This document shows, piece by piece, positions 27,150 to 36,393 of a stretch of DNA of 46,132 nt. Source of the DNA: an uncultured Clostridia bacterium (GTDB lineage: Bacteria > Bacillota > Clostridia > Christensenellales > Aristaeellaceae). Within the stretch, counting starts at the first letter, position 1; each line of letters starts with the position of its first letter. A model generated the notes under the pieces. The model saw only the letters and a list, made by a program, of their open reading frames with translations, was not told the origin of the DNA and did not search any database. The stretch covers positions 1 to 46,132 of the forward strand of contig CAKTXP010000001.1 of NCBI GenBank assembly GCA_934631055.1, in the 5' to 3' direction. Both the position numbers and the translations under genes were made by a program.

Positions 27150-27539
27150 ATGAGCAAGGTTACGGATTGTGCCCGCGAATTGGGGCAGGCCATTGTGGAT
27201 TCTGAAGAATATAAGAACATGCAGATCTGTGAAAAAGCGGCGATGAGCGATCCAGCCGTTGCGCAGGCGATGAGCCGTTATTTGGAAGCAAAAGAACAGC
27301 TTCATACGGCGATGGCTGCCGGAAATGCAGATGAAATCGCGCAGTTTGGTCAGGAGATGGACGATGCCCAGCAGGCGCTCAATCAAATGCCGGCAGTTGA
27401 CGCAATGACCAATGCGCGTCAGAGCTTTTCTGAGCTGATGAACCAGGTCAATCATGTGCTGGAATTCATGATTACCGGCGAGGTGGAGCAGAGCAGCGGA
27501 TGCAGTGGAAACTGCGCATCCTGCGGCGGCTGTCACTAA
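27150..27539 (+). CDS. ymcA: YlbF/YmcA-family protein (RicA-like) with a Cys-rich C-terminal tail
   Basis: 129-aa helical protein with the YlbF/YmcA pattern (ELGQAIVDSEEYKNM...A...RYLEAKEQL). It sits between miaB and mutS, like B. subtilis ymcA. The tail is GCSGNCASCGGCH. Confidence 0.7.
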   Translation: MSKVTDCARELGQAIVDSEEYKNMQICEKAAMSDPAVAQAMSRYLEAKEQLHTAMAAGNADEIAQFGQEMDDAQQALNQMPAVDAMTNARQSFSELMNQVNHVLEFMITGEVEQSSGCSGNCASCGGCH

Positions 27540-27581
27540 AGTCGCTCAAAACGCTAAGGAAAAGGACACGGAGGCACAGAA

Positions 27582-30176
27582 ATGGCAAACATGACCCCGA
27601 TGATGCGTCAGTATCTGGACATGAAGGATAAATACCCAGGAATGATCCTGTTTTTCCGGCTGGGCGATTTTTACGAAATGTTTTTTGACGACGCCAAGCT
27701 GGTATCCAGAGAACTGGAACTGACGCTCACCGGGAAAAGCTGCGGCATGGAAGAGCGCGCGCCCATGTGCGGCGTTCCGTTCCACAGCGCGGAGACCTAC
27801 ATCAATCGTCTGATTGAAAAAGGGTATAAAGTTGCAATATGTGAGCAGATGGAAGACCCCGCGACGGCAAAGGGATTGGTCAAGCGTGACGTCATCCGTG
27901 TCGTCACGCCGGGAACTGTCATCGAGCAGTCCATGCTGGACGAAAGAAGAAATAACTATCTACTTTCTGTGTGTATGGATGGCGAGCGCGCGGGATTGGC
28001 GTTTGCCGATGTTTCAACGGGCGAGTTTTATTTGTACGAGATCGAAAAGGCATCCAGCAGAATGCAGGATGAAATCGTCCGCATCATGCCCAAAGAGATT
28101 ATGTCAAATGCATCCTTGCCCGAACATGCCACAGCTATGCATGTGGATATTCAAGACGGCGTCAGATTTCAATACGCCAGAGCGAAAGCCGCGCTCCTTG
28201 AGCATTTCAAAGTACAAAGCCTGGATACTTTCGGCGTAGGCGGTTTAAAACTGGGCGTTCGCGCAGCAGGCGCATTGATGAAATATCTGGAAGAGACGCA
28301 GAAGAATGCGCTTGAGCATATGACTGGACTTGCCGAATATCACGACAAACGGTATATGATGCTTGACCATACCGCACGCAGAAATCTGGAATTAACGGAA
28401 ACCATGCGTTCCAGACAAAAACAGGGTTCGCTGCTCGGCATTTTGGATTATACCTGTACAGCGATGGGCGCGAGAACATTGCGCGGTTTTATTGAACAGC
28501 CTCTGGCGGTAAAAAGGGAAATTGACGAGCGGCTTGACGCAGTGCAGGCTTTACGCGACGCGGATATGACAGTAGACTTGATTCGGGAAGAATTGACTCA
28601 GGTCTACGATGTGGAACGACTGCTGAGTCGTATCGCATATAAGACGATCAATGCAAAGGACTGTCTGGCGCTTCGCGATTCTCTTTCGCATGTTCCCGCC
28701 ATACGTCACGCCCTCGAATCCATCGCGCCGCACGGAATGCTCGGCAGATTGCTAGAGCAGTTGACGCCGCTTGACGATATCGTCGAGAAGCTGACGAATG
28801 CAATCGATCCGGATGCGCCCGCGCTGATGAGCGATGGACATTATATCAAAAACGGCTACAATGCTGAACTGGATAAACTGCGCGAAGCATCAAGAAATGG
28901 GCATCAGTGGATTGCAGACCTTGAGGCTAAGGAACGCGAATTGACAGGAATCAAGAACCTGAAGATTCAATACAATCGGATATTCGGCTACTATATTGAG
29001 GTGACGAAATCCAATTACGAACAGGTTCCATACCGTTACACCAGAAAGCAGACGCTTGCAAACTGTGAGCGATACATGACGCCGGAACTTCACGAAATTC
29101 AGGAAACTGTTCTCGGCGCACAGGAAAAAGCCGTTCGTCTTGAACAGGGGCTGTTTATTGAGATTCGGGATTTTCTTTCCGGACAGATTCCTCGCATTCA
29201 GCATACAGCTGTTGGATTGAAGACGCTGGATGCGCTGGTATCGCTTTCGGTTGCAGCGGTTCGGAATCATTATGTCCGTCCAGAAATTTCAGAAGACGGT
29301 GTAATCGATATTGTTGACGGTCGTCATCCTGTCGTGGAAGCAGGCATGCACGGAGACGAGCAGTTTGTTCCGAACAGCACGCTTCTGGATGACAATGACA
29401 ATCGAATGCTCATCATTACCGGACCGAATATGGCGGGCAAAAGCACCTATATGCGTCAGGTTGCACTCATTACGCTGATGGCGCATATGGGAAGTTTCGT
29501 TCCAGTTGAAAGTGCAAAAATCGGAATCGTTGACCGGATCTTTACCCGCGTCGGCGCATCAGATGACTTGGCAAGCGGACAGTCAACGTTCATGGTTGAA
29601 ATGAATGAAATGGCGCATATTCTGCGCAGTGCGACGCCGCGTTCGCTGATCGTTCTGGATGAAATCGGCAGAGGAACCAGTACATTTGACGGTTTGAGCA
29701 TCGCATGGGCAGTCGTAGAATATCTGGTTGATAAAAATAAGATTGGCGCGAAAACGCTGTTTGCAACGCATTATCATGAGTTAAGCGAACTGGAGGGCCG
29801 ACTTGCAGGCGTAGTCAATTATCGAATCAGCGTAAAGGAGCATGGCGAGGATATCATCTTCCTGCGCAAGATCGAGCGCGGCGGCGCTGACAAGAGCTTT
29901 GGCATTCATGTTGCCCATCTGGCAGGTATGCCGCGTCCGGTTATCATGCGTGCACATGAAATTCTGGCACGGCTTGAAACAAATGATGTCAGTCAAACGT
30001 CAATAGGACAGAATATTTTAGGCGATGCTGAGAAGAAAAACAAGCAGGTCAATATGTTTGAAGCGCCGGCAATGGATCTGGTTGAAGAGATCCGTGCGCT
30101 CGATGTGATGAGCATGACGCCGATTGAAGCCATGAATACCTTGTTTACACTGAAAGAAAAAGCAAGAAAAGCGTAA
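27582..30176 (+). CDS. mutS: DNA mismatch repair protein MutS
   Basis: MTPMMRQYLDMKDKYPGMILFFRLGDFYEMFFDDA, Walker A GPNMAGKST, LVLDEIGRGTSTFDG. Confidence 0.97.
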   Translation: MANMTPMMRQYLDMKDKYPGMILFFRLGDFYEMFFDDAKLVSRELELTLTGKSCGMEERAPMCGVPFHSAETYINRLIEKGYKVAICEQMEDPATAKGLVKRDVIRVVTPGTVIEQSMLDERRNNYLLSVCMDGERAGLAFADVSTGEFYLYEIEKASSRMQDEIVRIMPKEIMSNASLPEHATAMHVDIQDGVRFQYARAKAALLEHFKVQSLDTFGVGGLKLGVRAAGALMKYLEETQKNALEHMTGLAEYHDKRYMMLDHTARRNLELTETMRSRQKQGSLLGILDYTCTAMGARTLRGFIEQPLAVKREIDERLDAVQALRDADMTVDLIREELTQVYDVERLLSRIAYKTINAKDCLALRDSLSHVPAIRHALESIAPHGMLGRLLEQLTPLDDIVEKLTNAIDPDAPALMSDGHYIKNGYNAELDKLREASRNGHQWIADLEAKERELTGIKNLKIQYNRIFGYYIEVTKSNYEQVPYRYTRKQTLANCERYMTPELHEIQETVLGAQEKAVRLEQGLFIEIRDFLSGQIPRIQHTAVGLKTLDALVSLSVAAVRNHYVRPEISEDGVIDIVDGRHPVVEAGMHGDEQFVPNSTLLDDNDNRMLIITGPNMAGKSTYMRQVALITLMAHMGSFVPVESAKIGIVDRIFTRVGASDDLASGQSTFMVEMNEMAHILRSATPRSLIVLDEIGRGTSTFDGLSIAWAVVEYLVDKNKIGAKTLFATHYHELSELEGRLAGVVNYRISVKEHGEDIIFLRKIERGGADKSFGIHVAHLAGMPRPVIMRAHEILARLETNDVSQTSIGQNILGDAEKKNKQVNMFEAPAMDLVEEIRALDVMSMTPIEAMNTLFTLKEKARKA

Positions 30177-30208
30177 ACGGACAAGAATACAGAGAAAGGA
30201 ACAATGCC

Positions 30209-32227
30209 GTGGAGGATAGACCGATACTCAGGCTGGATCAGGAACTGATTGGAAAAATTGCCGCAGGCGAAGTCGTGGAAAGCCCCGCCTCAGCTATTAA
30301 GGAATTGGTAGAAAACAGTTTGGACGCAGGCGCAACGTGTATCACCGTTGAAATCCGCGACGGCGGAATTTCTTATCTGCGCGTGACCGATAATGGGCGC
30401 GGTATCCGAAGCCGTGATGTCCGTATGGCGTTTGAGCGCCATGCGACAAGCAAGATCACAAAATCGGATGATTTGTTTGCACTTCATACGCTCGGCTTTC
30501 GCGGCGAAGCGCTGGCTTCCATTGCCGCGGTGTCCAAGCTCACGCTGACGACACGGAGCGTTCACGAGGAAACCGGAACGCGTGCTGTCAATGAGGGTGG
30601 CGAGATTAAGGGCATTACGGAAGCGGCAAGCCCGCAGGGAACGACGATTGTTGCCAGAGAGTTGTTTTACAATACGCCGGTGCGCTTAAAATTCCTCAAA
30701 AAGCCATCAACAGAGGCGGCAAAAGTTGCTGAGATGATTGCAAGACTGATTCTTGCGCATCCGGATGTATCTTTTCGACTGATTCACAATGGAAAACAGA
30801 TCTATTCCAGCTCCGGAAATGGGGATCTGCGCAGCGCTTTGTTCAGCCTATATGGAAGGGAAACGGCAAACGCTATGATACCAGTTCATTCGGAAGGCTC
30901 TATTTCCGTTTCCGGTCTGGTTGGCGTTGGATTACAGGCACGTTCCAATCGTGCTAGGCAGACATTCATCGTCAATGGTCGTACGATTCGCAGTCAGATC
31001 CTTACTCAGGCGCTTGAAGACGGTTGTAAAGAACGAGTGACGATCGGGCATTATCCAATTTGTGTGCTGAGGCTGGAAATGCCCACCAATATGGTGGACG
31101 TCAATGTCCATCCCAACAAACTGGAGGTGCGCTTTAGTGATGAACACTTGATCTACGAAAATGTTTCTGGGGCGGTAGAGGACAGCTTTTCGATATCGCC
31201 CCTTCAAAGCGCGCCGCATATGAGCCTGACTAGGGAAGTACCTCAAACCACTTTGAAGCCCAGCGTAGTGCAGGTCATTGACACGCAAACTGAAGAAGGC
31301 ATTAAACAGGCACGCGAGCAAACGGTAGCAGAGGAACCTATTCAAAATACGAATTCTATATTGGAACAACAAAATGAAAACCGTCCTACGCCTCAGCAGC
31401 AGGCGGATTTCACTTCGTTCGTTACGCAGTATTTTGGTGGAGCAGCGCTCAGAGAATCTCAAATTTCCGGAAAAAAGGAAAACCTTGAGTTTTCAAAACT
31501 CGACGGAGAAATTCCGTCAGTGCATCATGAAACTGTGCAAAGTGAACCGGAAGCAGGCACAAACAGACCGCTGATCTTTAAAACTCAGGAGCCTGTTCAG
31601 GAAGGACTGCTTCCACAGGAATCTTCTGCTACAACATTGGGCGATGAACTGAGTGGATATTCGATGGTCGGCGTTGCGTTTGACACATATATCATTTTGC
31701 AAAATGCAAAACAGTTGATTTTGATTGACCAGCATGCCGCGCACGAACGCATCCTTTATGAAAAGCTGATGCGAGAGATTGACGCAGGCGTCGGTTCTCA
31801 AATCTTAATGGTTGCGCAGGTCGTTCATGTTACGCCGCAGGATATAGCTAAGATTGAAACCTATCACGATGAGATTCGTGCCGCAGGGTTTGATATTGAA
31901 CCCTTTGGCGATGACGCTTATCAAATCCGTGCAGTTCCTAATGTGTTGGGCATTCCTCAAACAAAGAGCGCTTTCCTTGAAATGGTGGACAGGCTCGGCG
32001 AGCTCCGAGTGTTGTCTACTGCACAGAAAAGACGGGATGCCATTCTTCAGATGGCATGCAAAAAAGCGGTAAAAGGTGGCGATAAGCTGACGATGGAGGA
32101 AATTAAGCCGTTACTTGCAGATATGCTTCGAACAAACGCGCCGCCGACCTGTCCGCATGGGAGACCGCTGGTCGTTGTGCTGGAAAGGACAGAAATTGAA
32201 AAGCGTTTCAGAAGAATCAATGATTAG
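30209..32227 (+). CDS. mutL: DNA mismatch repair endonuclease MutL
   Basis: GHKL ATPase IAAGEVVESPASAIKELVENSLDAGA, C-terminal endonuclease motif DQHAAHERILYE, CPHGRP. GTG start. Confidence 0.95.
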   Translation: MEDRPILRLDQELIGKIAAGEVVESPASAIKELVENSLDAGATCITVEIRDGGISYLRVTDNGRGIRSRDVRMAFERHATSKITKSDDLFALHTLGFRGEALASIAAVSKLTLTTRSVHEETGTRAVNEGGEIKGITEAASPQGTTIVARELFYNTPVRLKFLKKPSTEAAKVAEMIARLILAHPDVSFRLIHNGKQIYSSSGNGDLRSALFSLYGRETANAMIPVHSEGSISVSGLVGVGLQARSNRARQTFIVNGRTIRSQILTQALEDGCKERVTIGHYPICVLRLEMPTNMVDVNVHPNKLEVRFSDEHLIYENVSGAVEDSFSISPLQSAPHMSLTREVPQTTLKPSVVQVIDTQTEEGIKQAREQTVAEEPIQNTNSILEQQNENRPTPQQQADFTSFVTQYFGGAALRESQISGKKENLEFSKLDGEIPSVHHETVQSEPEAGTNRPLIFKTQEPVQEGLLPQESSATTLGDELSGYSMVGVAFDTYIILQNAKQLILIDQHAAHERILYEKLMREIDAGVGSQILMVAQVVHVTPQDIAKIETYHDEIRAAGFDIEPFGDDAYQIRAVPNVLGIPQTKSAFLEMVDRLGELRVLSTAQKRRDAILQMACKKAVKGGDKLTMEEIKPLLADMLRTNAPPTCPHGRPLVVVLERTEIEKRFRRIND

Positions 32228-32243
32228 AGATGAGGGGATGCGC

Positions 32244-33224
32244 ATGACAAAACCTGTCATTATTGCGCTTGTTGGTCCGACTGGAGTAGGGAAAACAAGG
32301 ACCTCTCTGTTTCTGACAAAGGAATTAAATGGCGAAATCGTGTCCATGGATTCGATGCAGGTCTACCGAGGCATGGATATCGGAACAGCTAAATCGACGT
32401 CCGAAGAACGCACGATGGTTCCGCACCATATGATCGATGTCGCCGATCCACATGAGCGCTTTACCACGGCAGATTATAGAACGATGGCGGTTCAAGCCAT
32501 TCAAGATATCCTCAGCAGAGGCAAACTGCCGTTCCTGGTCGGCGGAACAGGTCTGTATCTGGATGCCATTCGCTATGATATGCGTCTTGGAGAAAGCGGC
32601 GCTAATGAGGAAATACGCGAAAAGCTCAGAAATATCGCTCAACAACCGGATGGCCAGAATATCCTTCATGCGATGCTTGAAAAAGTTGATCCTGAAACTG
32701 CGGAAAAGCTTCATCCAAACGATATCCGTCGTGTCATGCGCGCCTTGGAAATCTTTGAAACATCCGGAAAAACGAAGAGCCAGCAAGCCCATTTGGAAAA
32801 AAGAGAAGGTCCCTATCATGTTCTTGTATATGGGTTATCGCTGCCGCGTGAAATGATGTATGCCCGAATCAACGCGCGCGTGGATGAAATGATACAGGCG
32901 GGGCTTGTCCGAGAGGTTAAAGGACTGCTTAATGCAGGTGTTAAGCCCAATCAGGAAGGCGGCGCCATGCAGGCGATCGGATACAAAGAAATTGTCAGCG
33001 CATTTCACGGTGAGATTACGCTTGAACGTGCAGTCGAACTGATTAAACAGAATTCCAGACGGTACGCAAAGCGTCAATGGACATGGTTCAGGCGCGATCC
33101 GTTAACGCATTGGTTTGACTATACGGAGTATCCAAGCCGCGATGCGCTTGAACAAGCATTGCTTTGTCAAATCAGAGAAGATATCAAGCAATATCAAGGA
33201 TATCAAAACAGACTGTTAGTCTGA
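32244..33224 (+). CDS. miaA: tRNA dimethylallyltransferase
   Basis: P-loop LVGPTGVGKT, DSMQVYRGMDIGTAK, YAKRQWTWFR. GAGGGG SD lies 6 nt before ATG 32244. The ORF-track start at 32115 lies inside mutL. Confidence 0.93.
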   Translation: MTKPVIIALVGPTGVGKTRTSLFLTKELNGEIVSMDSMQVYRGMDIGTAKSTSEERTMVPHHMIDVADPHERFTTADYRTMAVQAIQDILSRGKLPFLVGGTGLYLDAIRYDMRLGESGANEEIREKLRNIAQQPDGQNILHAMLEKVDPETAEKLHPNDIRRVMRALEIFETSGKTKSQQAHLEKREGPYHVLVYGLSLPREMMYARINARVDEMIQAGLVREVKGLLNAGVKPNQEGGAMQAIGYKEIVSAFHGEITLERAVELIKQNSRRYAKRQWTWFRRDPLTHWFDYTEYPSRDALEQALLCQIREDIKQYQGYQNRLLV

Positions 33225-33247
33225 AAACCGCGCGTCGGTTTTGAAGA

Positions 33248-33275
33248 ACAGGACTTACAAAAAGGACATAGGATA
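33248..33275 (+). promoter_or_regulatory. Sigma-K-like promoter candidate (AC, 17 nt, CATAnnnTA)
   Basis: AC (33248-33249), 17-nt spacer, CATAGGATA (33267-33275), about 37 nt upstream of ATG 33312. The consensus has low information content, so this is tentative. Confidence 0.3.
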
Positions 33276-33311
33276 AAACGACTCTGGTTTTAAAGAGAGG
33301 GAGTGTATCGT

Positions 33312-33878
33312 ATGTCCTCTTTTCATTCTTGCGGATGCGAAAAAAACTGGAAACCATCTCACGCGTGTCATCGTGATTATGGCTATATCGTGGAGAAAAT
33401 TCTTGACCGCAATCGTGGAAACTATTGTTATCGTGGTTTACTCTCTATTTGTGATGTGAGGAACGATATTTGCCCGCCGCTGTATCTAAAGAAAATCGAT
33501 GTACTTGCTGTGGAAACGATTGTCGTGTCATGCTCCGGTCAAAAGCTCCGGCTGACACTGGCATTGCAGGGAACAGATAGCCGCAACGGCTGTTTCCACG
33601 GAACATCTTATATTGAGTTGGATACGATTTTTTCAGGCTATGATGATTTAAACCGCTGTAAAGTGAACATACGAAGGGACATTCAGATCAGCATACAAAG
33701 CGCTGATTATTGTCAGCCTTGCGGATTCCAAGCCTGTCTTTCAATCAGTATCGAGTCAATCGTCAGTCGATATGAGATCGTTTATCAGCAAAACGAATGC
33801 TGCACGCCTAAGACGTGTCTGCCGCTTTATCCGCCGGCGATGTGTTCAAAGGGCGAACATTTTCATTCTTATTTCTAA
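33312..33878 (+). CDS. Cys-rich hypothetical protein (188 aa from ATG 33312; 17 Cys), possible spore coat/late sporulation protein
   Basis: AGAGAGGGA SD before ATG 33312 (GTG 33303 is an alternative). N-terminal CGC...C.H and C-terminal CC..K.C...MC clusters. No family recognised. Confidence 0.6.
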   Translation: MSSFHSCGCEKNWKPSHACHRDYGYIVEKILDRNRGNYCYRGLLSICDVRNDICPPLYLKKIDVLAVETIVVSCSGQKLRLTLALQGTDSRNGCFHGTSYIELDTIFSGYDDLNRCKVNIRRDIQISIQSADYCQPCGFQACLSISIESIVSRYEIVYQQNECCTPKTCLPLYPPAMCSKGEHFHSYF

Positions 33879-33896
33879 ATAAAATGCTCAAAAGGC

Positions 33897-33925
33897 TTGT
33901 CTGTACGCACGAATTGCGGTAAAAT
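33897..33925 (+). promoter_or_regulatory. Candidate sigma-A promoter of xpt
   Basis: TTGTCT (33897-33902), 17-nt spacer, TAAAAT (33920-33925). Confidence 0.45.
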
Positions 33926-33967
33926 AAAGAAATCAATTATATTTTGATACGAAAGGCTAAAGAACGT

Positions 33968-34540
33968 ATGCAACTGCTTAAAGATGCGATCCTCGAACGG
34001 GGAAAAGCGCTGAATCAGGATGTTTTGCTGGTCGATTCTTTCCTGAATCATCAGGTTGACGTACCACTCATGAAAGCAATTGGCGAAGAGTTTGCAAAGC
34101 ACTTTGCCAATAAAGGGCTGACTCGCGTTGTGACGATCGAAAGCTCCGGTATCGCGCCGGCAGCGTTTACCGCACTGGCGATGGGACTTCCGCTTGTTAT
34201 CATGAAAAAGCAGACGTCAAAGATCATGAAAGGGGATCTGCTGCAAACGACGGTCCGTTCTTTTACAAAGGGGACGCAATATGAGCTTACGGTGAAGCGT
34301 GAGTTTCTTCCGGCAGGAGAAAAACTCCTGTTGATCGACGATTTCCTTGCAAGCGGAGAAGCCGCGTTTGGTGTGCTGAACCTTGCTCATCAGGCAGGCG
34401 CTGAAGTTGGCGGCGTAGGTATCGTCATTGAAAAGGCATTTCAAAGCGGACACAAACGGCTTGCCGATACGGGCATTGACGTGTATTCTCTGGCACGCAT
34501 TGCGTCTATGTCAGCGGACAGCATTGAATTTGTTGACTGA
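33968..34540 (+). CDS. xpt: Xanthine phosphoribosyltransferase
   Basis: Collinear with B. subtilis Xpt from MQLLKDAI: LVDSFLNHQVD, VTIESSGIAPA, LLIDDFLASGEA, GIVIEKAFQ. The ORF-track TTG at 33944 lacks an SD. Confidence 0.92.
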   Translation: MQLLKDAILERGKALNQDVLLVDSFLNHQVDVPLMKAIGEEFAKHFANKGLTRVVTIESSGIAPAAFTALAMGLPLVIMKKQTSKIMKGDLLQTTVRSFTKGTQYELTVKREFLPAGEKLLLIDDFLASGEAAFGVLNLAHQAGAEVGGVGIVIEKAFQSGHKRLADTGIDVYSLARIASMSADSIEFVD

Positions 34541-34568
34541 TGGTACGTTGAGATACGTTGTAGTTCTG

Positions 34569-34599
34569 CGGCAGGTTTTTAATGCCTGCCGTATTTTTT
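34569..34599 (+). terminator. Rho-independent terminator of xpt
   Basis: CGGCAGG (34569-34575) pairs with CCTGCCG (34585-34591), followed by a T6 run (34594-34599). Confidence 0.75.
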
Positions 34600-34672
34600 G
34601 TGTCCCGATTACACAAGACGTCCGCAATTTCAAAGCCGTTTTTTCTGACGGATTCACCAAAATGGCGAATTG

Positions 34673-34704
34673 TTGATGCAAGCCCAGACAAAATATGCTA
34701 TAAT
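34673..34704 (+). promoter_or_regulatory. Extended -10 promoter candidate for the maf-mre operon
   Basis: TGcTATAAT at 34696-34704. The only -35-like hexamer, TTGATG (34673-34678), is 20 nt away, which is suboptimal. Confidence 0.45.
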
Positions 34705-34739
34705 TATAAACCAATGAATAAACTTTGGGAGGTTATTTC

Positions 34740-35330
34740 ATGATGCAGCCTGAATTCCCTTTGATTCTGGCTTCCGGTTCGCCTCGGCGGCGCGAATTGC
34801 TCGATCAAATGGGGCTGATATACACCGTTGATTCTCCGGATGTCGACGAGAACTTTGTTGGACGTCCGGCAGAAACTGTTTTGGAGATTTCCAGAAGAAA
34901 AGCCGCAGCCGTTGCTGCCCGCCATCCGGATTCGGTTATTCTGGCAGCGGATACGCTCGTTTTTGCGGATGAACCGCTCGGAAAGCCCCATACGCCTGAG
35001 CGTGCAAAGGAAATGCTGATGGCTCTGGCTGATAATTGGCACAATGTTTATACCGGCATAACGCTGATCAATACGAACAGCGGAAGAGTTGTTCGCAACG
35101 TGGATCGGACGCGCGTTCATATTGCGCCGATGACTGAGCAGGAAATGGACGCCTATATTGCTACCGGCGAACCGCTTGACAAAGCGGGCGCTTATGCGAT
35201 TCAGGGCAGAGGCGGTATGTTTATTGACCGAATTGACGGTTCATACTCCAATGTAGTGGGTCTGCCTATGGCAATGTTGCGCAATATGTTGCTTCAACTC
35301 AATGGTATGACAGAACGAGGAGTTGTTTAA
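34740..35330 (+). CDS. maf: Maf-family nucleoside triphosphate pyrophosphatase / septum formation protein
   Basis: ILASGSPRRRELL, DKAGAYAIQG motifs. GGGAGG SD 34727-34732 lies 7 nt before ATG 34740. Confidence 0.9.
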   Translation: MMQPEFPLILASGSPRRRELLDQMGLIYTVDSPDVDENFVGRPAETVLEISRRKAAAVAARHPDSVILAADTLVFADEPLGKPHTPERAKEMLMALADNWHNVYTGITLINTNSGRVVRNVDRTRVHIAPMTEQEMDAYIATGEPLDKAGAYAIQGRGGMFIDRIDGSYSNVVGLPMAMLRNMLLQLNGMTERGVV

Positions 35331-36361
35331 TGGCGGGTTTTCAGTTTGTTTCTCCGGATATCGCGATTGACATCGGAACAGACAACACGAGGGTTTATGT
35401 AAAAGACAAAGGCATCGTAGTCAACGAGCCTTCCGTTGTCATTACGCGCGGAGAAAACACTCGCAATAACATTGTAGCAGTCGGCGACAGCGCGGAAGAA
35501 ATGATCGGGCGTTCAGGCGGAAATATCCGCGTGATCCATCCTTTGCGTGACGGCGTCATTGTAGACTATGAAATGGCGCAGATTATGATCCATTATTTTG
35601 TCACCAAAGCGATCGGCATGCGCCGATTTGTCAGACCGCGTGTGGTTGTGACCATGCCCGGAGAAGTGAGTAAGGTCGAACGCCGCGCAGTCATCAATAC
35701 AATGGAAAAAATCGGCGCGCGCCAAATTTTTGTCGTTGAGCAGGCTTTTGCTGCAGCTCTTGGAACCGGTTTGCCGGTATATGAGCCGCAGGGAAGCTTT
35801 GTCGTCGATATCGGCGGAGGAACGACGGAAGTTGCGCTTGTTTCGATGGGCGGCGTCGTTTTATCGCATTCCATTCGCGTAGCAGGCAATAAAATTGACG
35901 AAGCGATTTCCGGCTTTTTGAAAAAGCAGCATGCCATTTTGGTTACGGATCGCGTTGCCGAACAAATCAAATTTGATTTGGCTGATGTGCGGAGCGATAA
36001 GAAAATGGAACATATTGCCGTAGTGCGCGGACGCGATATCGCAACAGGCATGCCGTTGACGGTCGATGTCGATATGTCCAAAGTCAGTGAAGCCATTCAT
36101 GAACCGTTGCAGGAGATACTGGGGGCTATTAAATGGGTTCTTGGGCGTGTCCCGCCTGAGCTTTGCTCGGACATCCTGCAAAACGGCATTTATCTGACGG
36201 GCGGCTCTGCTGCGCTGCCTAATCTGGATACGATGATCGCGACGGAATTCGGCGTACCAGTATCTGTTGCCAGAGATGCCGGCGAATGCACGACGCTGGG
36301 CGCTGGATATATGGCGGATCATTTTGATATGCTGGGCGGCGTAATCGGCAAAGCTGAATAA
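35330..36361 (+). CDS. mreB: Rod shape-determining actin homologue MreB
   Basis: DIGTDNTRVY, VVDIGGGTTEVA, GIYLTGGSAALPNLD. The ATG overlaps the maf TAA by 1 nt. Confidence 0.95.
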   Translation: MAGFQFVSPDIAIDIGTDNTRVYVKDKGIVVNEPSVVITRGENTRNNIVAVGDSAEEMIGRSGGNIRVIHPLRDGVIVDYEMAQIMIHYFVTKAIGMRRFVRPRVVVTMPGEVSKVERRAVINTMEKIGARQIFVVEQAFAAALGTGLPVYEPQGSFVVDIGGGTTEVALVSMGGVVLSHSIRVAGNKIDEAISGFLKKQHAILVTDRVAEQIKFDLADVRSDKKMEHIAVVRGRDIATGMPLTVDVDMSKVSEAIHEPLQEILGAIKWVLGRVPPELCSDILQNGIYLTGGSAALPNLDTMIATEFGVPVSVARDAGECTTLGAGYMADHFDMLGGVIGKAE

Positions 36362-36393
36362 CGCAGTCGGCGATTCGCAAGGGAAGGCAAGCG

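Noticed and set aside
33318-33867. An 11-nt direct repeat (TTTTCATTCTT) near both ends of the Cys-rich ORF, which could look like target-site duplication of an insertion.
   Set aside because: Hundreds of chance 11-mer pairs are expected in a 46-kb window. The repeats lie inside the coding sequence and do not flank it, and no mobility gene or inverted repeats accompany them.
33879-33967. Expected a purine (guanine) riboswitch upstream of xpt, as in B. subtilis.
   Set aside because: The 89-nt spacer has no conserved riboswitch core (no ...TATAAT..., GTTTCTACC or CCGTAAAT...GACTATG elements). It is too short once the candidate promoter (33897-33925) is placed. xpt here appears to lack riboswitch control.
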